NCBI GenBank assembly: GCA_001029775.1
Contig: CP011215.1
Location: 618,303-682,302 of the forward strand
From: Candidatus Campbellbacteria bacterium GW2011_OD1_34_28
GTDB lineage: Bacteria; Patescibacteriota; Minisyncoccia; Phycocordibacterales; UBA12079
Length of the DNA: 64,000 nt
Direction: 5' to 3'
Numbering within the stretch: position 1 is the stretch's first letter; each line of letters starts with the position of its first letter. Made by a program: the position numbers and the translations under genes. Below the pieces are notes generated by a model. The model was not told the origin of the DNA. It made no database searches and saw only the letters and a program-made list of their open reading frames with translations. Below are positions 25,171 through 34,364 of this stretch, in pieces.

Positions 25171-26469
25171 TTAACTTATTCTCTCTATTTTTACTCCTAT
25201 CTTTTGCAATCTTTCTTCTATCCTCTCATACCCTCTATCTATCAAGTACACATTATCTATGATTGACTCCCCTTTTGCAAGAATTCCAGCGATTATAAAT
25301 GCCAGCCCTGCTCTCAAATCTGGACTCTCTACCTCTCTCCCTCTGAAAGAAGTCGGGCCTTTTACAAGAGCTCTATGTGGATCAAGTAAAATAATATTTG
25401 CACCCATTCTATTTATATCTTCAACAAAGTTTAATCTCCCCTCAAAAATAGTTTCAAAAACCAAAGATTCACCTGTTGCTTGTGTTAAGAAAATCACCAT
25501 TGGAGCTTGTAAATCTGTTGGAAATCCGGGAAATTCTTTTGTCTTAAATCCAATACTTTTGAAATCTTTATTTTTTAATTTTGCATTTCCTTTTATTTTT
25601 ATACTGGTCTTTCCAATCTCCAAAGGTACACCAGCATCTTTCAATATTTCAATCAATATTTCAATATCGTTTGGATTACAATCTGTTATTTCCAAATTGT
25701 CCGCACACAAAGCCCCCATTATCAAAAAACTTCCTGCTTCTATTCGGTCAGGCATTGCTTTATAAATTTTCCCTTTTGATTTGAGAAGTCCTCCACCTAT
25801 TATCTCAATAGTGGATGTCCCCGCTCCTTTTATTTTTGCGCCACAAGAAATCAAAAAATCTGCCAAATTCTTTATTTCAGGCTCTATGGCACAATTTTTT
25901 AAAACCGTTTTACCTTTTGCCAAAACACCAGCCATTACAAATGTCTCTGTTGCTGTGACGCTTGGTGCTCTAAAAAATATTTCTGCTCCTTTCAATTTTT
26001 TTCCTGTTTTTACTTTTATATAGTATCTATCATTTTTGAATTCCATTTCTGCTCCCATTTTTTCAAATCCTTCTACAAAAAAATCTATTGGCCTTGCTCC
26101 AATAACACAACCTCCTGGAACAGGAAAAGAAACTTCGCCAAATCTAGACAAAATAGGTCCCGTCAAAACAATAGAAGCCCTTATTCTCTCAGAAATTTCT
26201 CTATCCAATTCACAATATTTTATTTTTTTAGCATCAATAGAATAGATACCTTTATTTTTTTTAGAAACAACCACACCCATTTTCCCAAGTAATTCAGAGA
26301 GTCTTTTTACATCTTCAATATCAGGAATATTTTTCATTTCAATTCCGTCTTCAAACAAAACACTACTTGCCATCACTTTTAAAATCGCATTTTTAGCACC
26401 ATTTACTTTTATCTTTCCAGATAAAGTTTTTCTGCCACTTAATCCTTGAATTACAAATTTATCTTTCAT
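25171..26469 (-). CDS. murA: UDP-N-acetylglucosamine 1-carboxyvinyltransferase MurA (432 aa).
   Basis: KVNGAKNAILKVMAS. Active-site PVPGGCVIGARPID (Cys). Two-domain EPT fold, typical length. Confidence 0.93.
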   Translation of the reverse strand: MKDKFVIQGLSGRKTLSGKIKVNGAKNAILKVMASSVLFEDGIEMKNIPDIEDVKRLSELLGKMGVVVSKKNKGIYSIDAKKIKYCELDREISERIRASIVLTGPILSRFGEVSFPVPGGCVIGARPIDFFVEGFEKMGAEMEFKNDRYYIKVKTGKKLKGAEIFFRAPSVTATETFVMAGVLAKGKTVLKNCAIEPEIKNLADFLISCGAKIKGAGTSTIEIIGGGLLKSKGKIYKAMPDRIEAGSFLIMGALCADNLEITDCNPNDIEILIEILKDAGVPLEIGKTSIKIKGNAKLKNKDFKSIGFKTKEFPGFPTDLQAPMVIFLTQATGESLVFETIFEGRLNFVEDINRMGANIILLDPHRALVKGPTSFRGREVESPDLRAGLAFIIAGILAKGESIIDNVYLIDRGYERIEERLQKIGVKIERIS

Positions 26470-26536
26470 TCACATAATATTAAGCATTTTTTTGATTTTT
26501 TACAAATTTTGTCTTATCAACAGTACAAACAAAAAA

Positions 26537-26562
26537 ATGAACCCCGAAGGGTTCATTAATAT
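26537..26562. terminator. Hairpin terminator.
   Basis: AAAAAAATGAACCC cgaa GGGTTCATTAAT. Confidence 0.65.
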
Positions 26563-26566
26563 AAAT

Positions 26567-26920
26567 TTAAACAGCCATCCCAGGCCACCAACACATGTAT
26601 ATATCACCTCTGACAAACATGACTGAGGGCCTCTTGTGTAAAACATCACCAATTTTTTTTCTAATCTCCGGTCCTTTAACAGGATTCGAACACAAAGACA
26701 TGGTTCCGTGGGAGCCAAGACCCTTATGAAACTGAATGAAAAAATCACTCTTTTCTCCTTCACGGCAAAAGTGGTAATCGTGTCTATCACCGACTTTTAC
26801 TAAAGAACCTGTCTCACCATCATGAAGAAACGCGCGGTTAATTGTATTGAGCAATAAAGCTTGCTTGACACTCACATCTCCTGGGCCATTCCCAAAAGCA
26901 ACTGTTTTTAATTGTGACAT
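26567..26920 (-). CDS. Hypothetical protein (117 aa).
   Basis: ORF with a downstream terminator. No confident family. The overlapping ORF 26500-26790 in another frame is probably spurious. Confidence 0.45.
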   Translation of the reverse strand: MSQLKTVAFGNGPGDVSVKQALLLNTINRAFLHDGETGSLVKVGDRHDYHFCREGEKSDFFIQFHKGLGSHGTMSLCSNPVKGPEIRKKIGDVLHKRPSVMFVRGDIYMCWWPGMAV

Positions 26921-27051
26921 CTTTTATTTCTCCCGTAAAAAAATTAACATTAAAAAACATTTCCAAAAAAACATTACCACAAAACAAACCGTATACGCAA
27001 GTCTTAGGGACTTTATAGACTTTACAGACTTTCTGCCTTAAACTTGTTTAT

Positions 27052-27789
27052 ATGTATTTGATCACAGCTATTTCAATATATAGAAATAAATTTCAAACAC
27101 CCTCTCTATTTTTTTCTTCTCAAAATTTTGATATTGGCTCTGTTGTTTTTGTATCAATAGACAAAAAAAATAAACCAGCCTTGGTGATAGAAACAGACGA
27201 TTTAAACAAAAACAAATCTCTTATTCGCAGAAGTAAAATAAAAATAGGAAAAATTAATCAAAAAGAAGAGTGTCGTTTGATAAATAAAGATTTGATTGAA
27301 TTCACAAAACTTGGTTCTCAAAAAACAAACCTTAAAATTGAAGAGGTTTTTCAAAAAATAACGCCAACAAAAATCGTCAAAAATTTGAACAATTTTGATT
27401 TTAAAAAAGAAAACAAAGAGACAATAAAATTCTTTGAAAAATTAACACGCGAGGATATAAAGAAAAAAATTGTAAAAAAGAAAATTGTAACAGAAAAAAG
27501 AGGTAACGATGGCGAAATAAAAACAATCGGTTCTTTCTTGTCAGAAACAAAACAAGTTAAAAAAAGCCTTCATTCTGAAAAACATTACCTTGTTAATGAA
27601 ATCAGAAATTATTTTGGAGAAACTGCTAAAAATGGCAAAGGATCTTTCAGTTTTTATTTAGGCTTTTTTAAAAGAATTCCTGAGAAAAAAATATACGAAT
27701 TTTGGTCAGAGGTAAAACAAAGTAGAAAATCTATCAAAGATCAACAAAAATTGTTTTGGTGGAAAATAGGACAATATTTAAAACAATAA
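27052..27789 (+). CDS. Lys-rich hypothetical protein (245 aa).
   Basis: ORF only. Highly basic (KK/KI repeats). Confidence 0.45.
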   Translation: MYLITAISIYRNKFQTPSLFFSSQNFDIGSVVFVSIDKKNKPALVIETDDLNKNKSLIRRSKIKIGKINQKEECRLINKDLIEFTKLGSQKTNLKIEEVFQKITPTKIVKNLNNFDFKKENKETIKFFEKLTREDIKKKIVKKKIVTEKRGNDGEIKTIGSFLSETKQVKKSLHSEKHYLVNEIRNYFGETAKNGKGSFSFYLGFFKRIPEKKIYEFWSEVKQSRKSIKDQQKLFWWKIGQYLKQ

Positions 27790-27816
27790 TAGTTTTATAT
27801 ATATAAAAACAATCTT

Positions 27817-27859
27817 AAAATTCTGACGACCGTTAAAATTTTGAGATAGTTTTTCTATT
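27817..27859. repeat. Palindromic repeat, family member 3 (degenerate): ...CTTAAAATTCTGACG-AC-CGTTAAAATTTTGAGATAG....
   Basis: Shares the ACGACCGTTAAAATTTTG(A/G)GATAG arm with members 1 and 2. The flanks match the reverse complement of member 4. Confidence 0.75.
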
Positions 27860-27898
27860 TACGCACGGCCCGACCGTATATGAATATTGATTTTAAAA

Positions 27899-27926
27899 AA
27901 GCCCGCGTAGGCGGGCTTTTTGGTTC
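27899..27926. terminator. Bidirectional terminator.
   Basis: AAAAAAGCCCGC gta GGCGGGCTTTTTGG. Confidence 0.75.
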
Positions 27927-27932
27927 AGAAAT

Positions 27933-28721
27933 CTAGGCGGTTTTTATATTTTCCTCCGCCGTATCTTCGGAATTGAGTCTTTTTATTTCTTCAAAAATTG
28001 CTTTTGCATTTTGTTCAATAAAATGACGACGATTTTGAATCAAAGTGTTAAAAAGATCAACACGATTTTCTTTTAAATAAAAACGCTCATCAGTGTCTCC
28101 TAAATTCTCAAAAGACAAAGCCGGGAAACAATGAAAACAAATAAAAGTATGGTCCCACAACATTTTTGAGTAAAGACCGAGCAGGTCATAATATTTATTG
28201 ATTTGGTAATTATTGTTTAATACGAGATTTAACCCATTCAAATCCTTCTTTAACTCATCAATGTCAATATTTAAACGCGATCCGCAAAAATTGCTGATAT
28301 CAATTATCAGTTGAGGTCTATATTTGGGGGTAATCACTTCCGGCAAATCTTCGGCCAAATACAAAACTATATTATTTCTTACTCGTTCCAAACTGGACTT
28401 ATGAAAGTGGTTTGCCTTTTCCACCATTTTAATTAAATGATCCTCGAAAAGCCTTCTCTGACAAAACTCTTCAAAGATCAATGCGAAAATAAAACTTGGG
28501 ATGAGAGACATCACAAGAAATAAATGTACGCTATCAGAATTAAGGTTCTCCTCCCCTGTTAAATGGTGAAGAATGAGTAAAGTAATTAGTCCAAAAATAC
28601 AAGAAAGTAAAAACCAATTCCAACAAAATCTTTTAATATTCACAAGACCTCCATTTATAAGTTTAAAAGACCAAAACCAATTTCCTTTTGTAATACTGCA
28701 AAAAATGAGGTTAAAAGTCAA
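27933..28721 (-). CDS. Two-TM membrane protein with a cytoplasmic domain (262 aa). Paralog of ORF 28832-29539. TTG start in the track.
   Basis: N-terminal TM hairpin. The C-terminus (...YLKENRVDLFNTLIQNRRHFIEQ...EEIKRL) aligns with YLFKENILPFKLNFFFQQLREIRNYFEE...EIQRL of the neighbouring gene. Flanked by palindrome members 3 and 4. Confidence 0.5.
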   Translation of the reverse strand: MTFNLIFCSITKGNWFWSFKLINGGLVNIKRFCWNWFLLSCIFGLITLLILHHLTGEENLNSDSVHLFLVMSLIPSFIFALIFEEFCQRRLFEDHLIKMVEKANHFHKSSLERVRNNIVLYLAEDLPEVITPKYRPQLIIDISNFCGSRLNIDIDELKKDLNGLNLVLNNNYQINKYYDLLGLYSKMLWDHTFICFHCFPALSFENLGDTDERFYLKENRVDLFNTLIQNRRHFIEQNAKAIFEEIKRLNSEDTAEENIKTA

Positions 28722-28732
28722 GAAAAATAAAA

Positions 28733-28775
28733 CTATCCTAAAATTTTAACGACCGTCAGAAGTTTAAGATTGTTT
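28733..28775. repeat. Palindromic repeat, family member 4: CTATCCTAAAATTTTAACG-AC-CGTCAGAAGTTTAAGATTG.
   Basis: The left arm is identical in type to members 1 and 2. Lies in the promoter region of ORF 27933-28721. Confidence 0.75.
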
Positions 28776-28791
28776 CTATATTTAAAACAAT

Positions 28792-28834
28792 AACAGCCGA
28801 AGATTTCGCACACGAAACCTTCGGCTGTTTTTTA
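28792..28834 (-). terminator. Terminator downstream of ORF 28832-29539.
   Basis: ACAGCCGAAG atttcgcacacgaaac CTTCGGCTGT followed by TTTTTT. Confidence 0.7.
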
Positions 28835-29539
28835 TTCTTGATCCTCAAGTTCAAGCTTCTCAAGACGCTGAATTTCTTTTTTCAACTCGTCTTGTTTTTC
28901 TTCAAAATAATTTCTTATTTCTCTCAGTTGCTGAAAGAAAAAATTAAGTTTGAAAGGAAGAATATTTTCTTTAAATAAATAAGCGCTAGATAGCCCTCCT
29001 TCCACCAATTTAAACTCTGGAAAATATCCACATTTAGCGGGGTAATTTAAAGACTGAGTTATATCCAAAAAAATACCCAAAAGTTTGTCATATCCTCCGT
29101 CATGTTCACCAAACCGTAAAGAAGAACGAAGTTGAATAACACATCCAGAAAGAAATTGTGCCGTGCAATCTTCACTTAGTAAAGACGAGTCAATTTTTTC
29201 TTTTTTTGAACCAATCACCAACACCCAAGCGGGGTGTCGTAAAATATTTTTTGATCTGGAGAGATACTCAAAAACAAGACTCATTGCAGTTACGACGTTG
29301 TTTTTGTATAACTCGTTAATTTCCTTTATCTCTGTGATTATATATTTTTCGTATGCCCTCTTTTCGGAAAAAACCTGCCAAACGAGTGACAAAAGTAGCC
29401 CAAAAAAAGAAGACAAAGAAAGTATAAACAAAGATCCCTTACCACTCAAAGCTGAATCTTGTGTAACAAAAGTTTTTAAAAGACACAAAAAAGCTAATAA
29501 CAAAATAAAAAAGAAAACGGAACGGACAAAAATCATCAT
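28832..29539 (-). CDS. Two-TM membrane protein with a cytoplasmic domain (235 aa). Paralog of ORF 27933-28721.
   Basis: See the paralog alignment under ORF 27933-28721. N-terminal TM hairpin. Confidence 0.5.
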   Translation of the reverse strand: MMIFVRSVFFFILLLAFLCLLKTFVTQDSALSGKGSLFILSLSSFFGLLLSLVWQVFSEKRAYEKYIITEIKEINELYKNNVVTAMSLVFEYLSRSKNILRHPAWVLVIGSKKEKIDSSLLSEDCTAQFLSGCVIQLRSSLRFGEHDGGYDKLLGIFLDITQSLNYPAKCGYFPEFKLVEGGLSSAYLFKENILPFKLNFFFQQLREIRNYFEEKQDELKKEIQRLEKLELEDQE

Positions 29540-29633
29540 AATGTTACTCCTTTGTTAAATTTATGTTTGTGTAGAACAAATATCTGAAGCTAATATCCCA
29601 CAAAGACACCTAAAAAGTCAAGGAAAATATAAA

Positions 29634-29672
29634 ACAACCCAATTGAGACATCCGACGTCTCAATTGGGTTGT
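29634..29672. terminator. Strong hairpin terminator.
   Basis: AACCCAATTGAGAC atccgac GTCTCAATTGGGTT, a 14-bp stem, followed by GTTTTTATTTT. Confidence 0.8.
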
Positions 29673-29679
29673 TTTTATT

Positions 29680-29979
29680 TTAAAGATTCAAAAGATCCAA
29701 GGGGTCAATTTCATCCCAGTTTTCCAATATAATAATTCCATCAGAGCCGACAGAACGAACAAGAGCTTTTATGCCGTCCCCCAAATTAATTTCTTCTCCT
29801 TTTTTAATCTTCTTATCAAAAATAATATCAAACCTTTTTGATCTTTTTTCTTTATCAATCTGTTCTTTGGCAATATTTTCAACATTGGCATAATGCCATT
29901 CTCGGGCAAAATTGGCCCTTTGCGCCTTTACTGCAGCGTGTGAACCACCCTGTCTTTTCATATTTGCTCCCTTTGACAA
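29680..29979 (-). CDS. Hypothetical protein (99 aa).
   Basis: ORF only. Basic N-terminus. Confidence 0.45.
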   Translation of the reverse strand: MSKGANMKRQGGSHAAVKAQRANFAREWHYANVENIAKEQIDKEKRSKRFDIIFDKKIKKGEEINLGDGIKALVRSVGSDGIIILENWDEIDPLDLLNL

Positions 29980-30054
29980 AGTTAAACAAAAAAAGAATCT
30001 AAAAGAAAGATTAACACATAGAATAAATTAAGAAAAGCCATCAATCTTTCTGGG

Positions 30055-30110
30055 TTGCTTCTTACACCCTACACCTTACACCTTTCTCCTTATACCTTAT
30101 TCCTTCTTAT
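30055..30110. repeat. Low-complexity (TAAGG/GTGTAAG)n-type element overlapping the tgt stop codon. Inverted copy of 33481-33530.
   Basis: Reverse complement reads ATAAGAAGGAATAAGGTATAAGGAGAAAGGTGTAAGGTGTAGGGTGTAAG. It shares TAAGGTATAAGGA and AAGGTGTAAGG with the fmt 3' element. TAA occurs in all three frames. Confidence 0.8.
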
Positions 30111-31305
30111 ATCTTTTCAAAAAATCTTTTTTAAGCTCGTCAAAATTTTCGTCCATTATAGATTGACGAATGTCTTGAACCAGTTTGTTTATAAAGTACA
30201 AATTATGAATTGTTGCTAGAGTACTACCCAACATCTCTTTTGCTCTAAACAAGTGAGACAAATAACTTTTTGTATAATTTTTGCAGGTATAACATCCACA
30301 GTCTTTTTCAATAGGCGAAAAATCGTCCTTGAATTTTGCATTCAAAATATTTATTTTTCCGTCCTTGGTATGCAAAGAACCGTTTCGAGCCATTCGTGTT
30401 GGAGCAACACAATCAAACAAATCTATTCCATTTTCTACCCCACCAAACAAATCTTCTGGCTCACCTATTCCCAACAAATGTCGGGGCTTCCCTTCTGGCA
30501 ATATTTTATTTACCCAACCAACAGCAGTATTCATATCTTCTTTGTTAAAAGATCCACCAATCCCAAATCCATCAAAATCCATTTTCGATATCACCTCGGC
30601 ACTTTCTTTTCTTAAATCCTCAAATCGTCCTCCTTGTACAATTCCAAAAAGAGAAATTTTATCTTCTATATTAAGTTTTTTATGTTCATCCAAACTTCTT
30701 TCCGCCCAACGATGTGTCCTGTCCATTGCTTCTCTTTGATAATCATAATCTGCATTTGGCGAAGTGCATTCATCAAATGCAAAAATCATATCTGCTCCGA
30801 TATTGTGTTGAATCTGAATTGATTTTTCAGGAGTAAATTTATGAAGACTACCATCTATATGTGATTTAAAAGTAACACCGTCCTCGTCTATCTTTGCCAA
30901 TGAACAACCCTCGCCATCACTCATCTCTCCACATCTATTCACAATATCTTTTTTGTCTGCTGATGCAATTTTGCTAACTCCGCTACCAAACGCCACACCA
31001 AGCGAAAAAGCCTGAAAACCACCCGAGTCTGTCATCGTCGGTCCAAACCAATTCATCATTTTGTGCAAACCGCCAGCATTTTTAACAATTTCATCCCCTG
31101 GTTGCAAATACAAATGATAGGTATTAGCAAGCACCACCTGTGCGCCCAAATCTTTTACCTGCTCCATCGTCAAAGCCTTCACAGTTGCTTTTGTTCCCAC
31201 CGTAACAAACGACGGCGTCAAAATTTTCCCATGAGGAGTTTCTAAAACACCGGCTCGTGCCAATGTTCCTTCCATCTTCTTTTCGATGTTAAATTTTATA
31301 GACAT
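30097..31305 (-). CDS. tgt: Queuine tRNA-ribosyltransferase (tRNA-guanine transglycosylase), 402 aa. The track ORF starts at 31425.
   Basis: MSIKFNIEKKMEGTLARAGVLETPHGKILTPSFVTVGT start typical of Tgt. Zn site CGCYTC...H. Catalytic Asp region. The upstream 40 codons of the track ORF overlap the promoter palindrome. Confidence 0.9.
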   Translation of the reverse strand: MSIKFNIEKKMEGTLARAGVLETPHGKILTPSFVTVGTKATVKALTMEQVKDLGAQVVLANTYHLYLQPGDEIVKNAGGLHKMMNWFGPTMTDSGGFQAFSLGVAFGSGVSKIASADKKDIVNRCGEMSDGEGCSLAKIDEDGVTFKSHIDGSLHKFTPEKSIQIQHNIGADMIFAFDECTSPNADYDYQREAMDRTHRWAERSLDEHKKLNIEDKISLFGIVQGGRFEDLRKESAEVISKMDFDGFGIGGSFNKEDMNTAVGWVNKILPEGKPRHLLGIGEPEDLFGGVENGIDLFDCVAPTRMARNGSLHTKDGKINILNAKFKDDFSPIEKDCGCYTCKNYTKSYLSHLFRAKEMLGSTLATIHNLYFINKLVQDIRQSIMDENFDELKKDFLKRYKKE

Positions 31306-31378
31306 AATGAAACAGTATAAAGTCTGGAAAGTCGAAAGTCCATAAAAATTGTTTACCAAAAAACTCACGAGGTCTGAA

Positions 31379-31416
31379 ATGTGCAAAGTTTTGACGACCG
31401 TCAAAACTTTGCACAT
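31379..31416. repeat. Palindrome, family member 5: ATGTGCAAAGTTTTGACG-AC-CGTCAAAACTTTGCACAT (perfect 18-bp arms), in the tgt/def divergent intergenic region.
   Basis: Perfect palindrome sharing the (G/A)ACGACCGT(C/T) centre with members 1-4. Confidence 0.85.
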
Positions 31417-31499
31417 TTTAAACACCTCTTAATACCTAGTGTATTCAAATATTAAATACCCGCTTGCACAGGCAAGCTTGCTACTTTATACTAAATTCA

Positions 31500-32003
31500 A
31501 TGTTAGAGATATTGCAAAAAGGCAATCCTATACTAAATAAGAAGGCGTCGGAGATAAAACCCGATGATATTTCGTCTACCCAAATTCAAGATTTGATAAA
31601 AGAAATGAAAGAGATATTGAGCAAAAAAAATGATGGGGCCGCTTTGGCAGCACCTCAAATCGGAAAATCTGTTCGTCTTTTTATAATCGCTGAAAATGTT
31701 TTCACCGAGGAAGAATCCAACATGGTTTTTATTAATCCAAAAATAATTGAACAATCGGAAGAAAAAGAATGGATGGAAGAAGGATGTCTCAGTGTGAAAG
31801 GAATATACGGAAAAGTAAACCGTTCAACATCTTGTACAATCAGAGCTTATGATTTGCAGGGAGAAATTTTTACTCAAAAAGGACACGGCTTAATCTCTCA
31901 GATTTTTCAACACGAAGTGGATCACCTAAACGGAATATTGTTTACAGAAAAAGCGAAAGACTTGTTCCAAGTAGATGACGAAAACCAAAACAAAAAACTG
32001 TAA
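31500..32003 (+). CDS. def: Peptide deformylase (168 aa). The track ORF starts at 31464 with TTG.
   Basis: All three PDF motifs are present: GAALAAPQIG, EGCLSV and HEVDHLNG. Confidence 0.9.
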   Translation: MLEILQKGNPILNKKASEIKPDDISSTQIQDLIKEMKEILSKKNDGAALAAPQIGKSVRLFIIAENVFTEEESNMVFINPKIIEQSEEKEWMEEGCLSVKGIYGKVNRSTSCTIRAYDLQGEIFTQKGHGLISQIFQHEVDHLNGILFTEKAKDLFQVDDENQNKKL

Positions 32004-32086
32004 AATTTAGAAATTTTACAGTTTTTTGTTTTGGTAATTTAAATTATCAAACTATTCAAGTATTCAATTGAATATGAGAAATATAA

Positions 32087-32112
32087 AAGCCGTCTTCATC
32101 AGACGGCTTTTT
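32087..32112. terminator. Terminator downstream of def.
   Basis: AAAAGCCGTCT tcatc AGACGGCTTTTTC. Overlaps the 3' end of the doubtful ORF 32099-32386. Confidence 0.75.
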
Positions 32113-32330
32113 CTTCACAAATTGTGGGTGCTTCCAAAATTCTGCGTATTTCAACAAGAAAATGAGAGGCTAATAAAATAAAAAATATAGAAAGACCTCT
32201 AGAACAGACTACATCTGCCAAAAATAAAAATAAGATAAACAGACAAAGTAAAACAAAAAAATCACTCGTGTTATCTTCAACGATAACGACTTTCCCATCT
32301 CTGATGTATATTTTTTCTCTCATTTTTTCC

Positions 32331-32555
32331 TCACAGTCCTGGATCAAGCTTGGTATGGATCTCGGCGCAAACATCTGCAAAATCAACGGTCATTTCGCCA
32401 GCAACTCTCAAACGTTCGTCATAAATTTCTCTCAGATGTGTAGTGGATTTTTCAAAAGATTCTTCACTGGCAAAGGTTGTTTCCAAATAGGCCTTTTTCA
32501 TAATTTCTAAAAATTCACTGAAAGAAATTTTTCTCTCTTTGGCTAAACTGTGCAT
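32331..32555 (-). CDS. Small hypothetical protein (74 aa).
   Basis: ORF only, immediately upstream of fmt on the opposite strand. It overlaps the doubtful ORF 32099-32386 in another frame. One of the two may be real. Confidence 0.3.
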   Translation of the reverse strand: MHSLAKERKISFSEFLEIMKKAYLETTFASEESFEKSTTHLREIYDERLRVAGEMTVDFADVCAEIHTKLDPGL

Positions 32556-32628
32556 CTTCCCCCCTTTCTTGTTGTTAATAAAACAATGATCTATAATGAA
32601 TATAATCTTAAATAAAAATTAAATCAAT

Positions 32629-33489
32629 ATGGTGAATTTAAAGATAGCGTTTTTTGGGACACCAGAATTTTCTGCAAGAATTTTGGATAAAATGAAAGAG
32701 GGAGAATTTTCTCCATCTTTAATAATTGCAACACCCGACAAACCAAAAGGAAGGAATCTTGTTATGACACCGCCCTCAACAAAAATATGGGCAGAACAAA
32801 ATAATATTGATGTCCTACAGCCAACAAAACTAAAAGCTCCTGAATTTTTAGACGAATTAAAAAAGACCGACTGGGATTTATTTGTCGTTGCTTCGTACGG
32901 TAAAATAATTCCTCAAGATGTTTTGGATATTCCCAAATACGGAACAATAAATATCCACCCTTCTTTGTTGCCTCGTCTTCGAGGGGCTTCTCCAATGCAG
33001 TCCGCGATTTTAAAAGAGAACGAAACAGGAATGACAATAATGCTAATGGATGCTGATATGGATCACGGTCCTATACTGAAACAAGAAAAATTGGATATCA
33101 AAAAATGGCCTCCAAAAATTAATGAACTGGAGGACATGATGGTAGAAGTCGGAGGAAGACTTTTAAACGAAGTTATACCACTATGGATAAGTGGAAAAAT
33201 AAAACCAAAAGAACAAGATCATAACAAAGCAACATATATTGATAAGATAAACAAAGAAGAAGCTCTAATAAATTTTGATGATGATCCTTTTTGGAATTAT
33301 AGAAAAATACAAGCCTTGCAAAATTATAAACCTTATTTTTTTACAGAAAGAAATGACAAAAAAATAAGAATAATAATCAAAGAAGCAAAATTTGAAGATG
33401 GAGAGTTGATAATTATGAAAGTATTGCCGGAAGGAAAAAAAGAAATGGATTATCAAGATTTTTTGAGAGGAAGTAACAATAAGGTGTAA
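32629..33489 (+). CDS. fmt: Methionyl-tRNA formyltransferase (286 aa).
   Basis: IAFFGTPEFSARIL N-terminus. HPSLLPRLRGASPMQSAIL (the SLLP formyltransferase motif). A C-terminal OB-like domain is present but short. Confidence 0.9.
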   Translation: MVNLKIAFFGTPEFSARILDKMKEGEFSPSLIIATPDKPKGRNLVMTPPSTKIWAEQNNIDVLQPTKLKAPEFLDELKKTDWDLFVVASYGKIIPQDVLDIPKYGTINIHPSLLPRLRGASPMQSAILKENETGMTIMLMDADMDHGPILKQEKLDIKKWPPKINELEDMMVEVGGRLLNEVIPLWISGKIKPKEQDHNKATYIDKINKEEALINFDDDPFWNYRKIQALQNYKPYFFTERNDKKIRIIIKEAKFEDGELIIMKVLPEGKKEMDYQDFLRGSNNKV

Positions 33490-33530
33490 GGAGTAAGGTA
33501 TAAGGAATAAGGGGTAAGTAATAAGAAAAG
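33481..33530. repeat. Low-complexity (TAAGG)n-type element overlapping the fmt stop codon.
   Basis: AAGGTGTAAGGAGTAAGGTATAAGGAATAAGGGGTAAGTAATAAG. Inverted counterpart at 30055-30110. Confidence 0.8.
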
Positions 33531-33599
33531 AAACGAGAAAAGAGGGAAATTTGCGAAGCAAATTTCCCTCTTTTTCAGCCACTTACTTCGATTCAAAAA

Positions 33600-33725
33600 T
33601 AAACCCAAATTTGAATGAAGTTTGAGGAAGTAAAAGAAAAAGCCCTGAGGCGTATATACCATACGATGAAGGGCTTTTTCTTGAAACTGACGAAAAAATT
33701 CGTCAAATTTGGATTATTTAAGAGT
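33600..33725. repeat. Conserved ~120-bp two-hairpin element, copy B. Overlaps the cyclophilin gene stop codon.
   Basis: About 80% identical to 5965-6085 (ATGAAGTTYGAGGAA...AAAAAGCCC-N-GGGCTTTTTCTTG...GACGAAAAAATTCGTCAAATTTGGATTA). ORF 33615-33935 over it is probably spurious. Confidence 0.8.
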
Positions 33726-34349
33726 GATTTTGTTTATAACGATATCCACCAAAGGCTGATTATTTATCGGATTGGTTGGAGATTCACTAATCATTTTTGC
33801 AACGTCCATCCCCTTTTTTACTTTTCCAAAAACGGTATGTGCATTATCCAAATGTCTATTGTCCACGACATTTATAAAAAATTGGCTTCCGTTTGTATTT
33901 GGTCCTGCATTTGCCATTGCGATTGTTCCTGCTAAATGAAAATTGTTTGCATGTATTTCATCTTCAAAAGTATATCCGGGTCCACCTGTTCCCCACTGAT
34001 TTTTCTTCGTATCGTCTTTTGACAATGGATCCCCTCCCTGAATCATAAATTGCGGAATAACTCGATGAAATTTTGTTCCATTATAAAAACCATTTTCAGC
34101 CAATTTTATAAAATTGTTTACAGTCAAAGGAGCATCTTCTTGAAAAAACTCTATTTCAATAACTCCCAAATTTGTATCTATTATTACCCCAGAAACAGAA
34201 TTGTTAACCGCAGAAACTGCTCTAGCTGTAAAATCCCCCTCTTTTTTTATAGACTCACTCATAACATTAAAAAGAAAAACTACTATTAATGAAACACCGA
34301 CGATAGCTGAATATGCTACCCACGAATTTATTTTCTCGTTTGCAATCAT
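33714..34349 (-). CDS. ppiB: Cyclophilin-type peptidyl-prolyl cis-trans isomerase with an N-terminal membrane anchor (211 aa).
   Basis: FHRVIPQFMIQGGDP and GTIAMANAGPNTNGSQFFI cyclophilin signatures. Confidence 0.88.
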   Translation of the reverse strand: MIANEKINSWVAYSAIVGVSLIVVFLFNVMSESIKKEGDFTARAVSAVNNSVSGVIIDTNLGVIEIEFFQEDAPLTVNNFIKLAENGFYNGTKFHRVIPQFMIQGGDPLSKDDTKKNQWGTGGPGYTFEDEIHANNFHLAGTIAMANAGPNTNGSQFFINVVDNRHLDNAHTVFGKVKKGMDVAKMISESPTNPINNQPLVDIVINKITLK

Positions 34350-34364
34350 AATTATTTATTAAAA

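Noticed and set aside
32099-32386. ORF 32099-32386 (-), 95 aa.
   Set aside because: Its 3' end and stop codon lie inside the def terminator hairpin, and it overlaps ORF 32331-32555 out of frame. It is probably not a gene.
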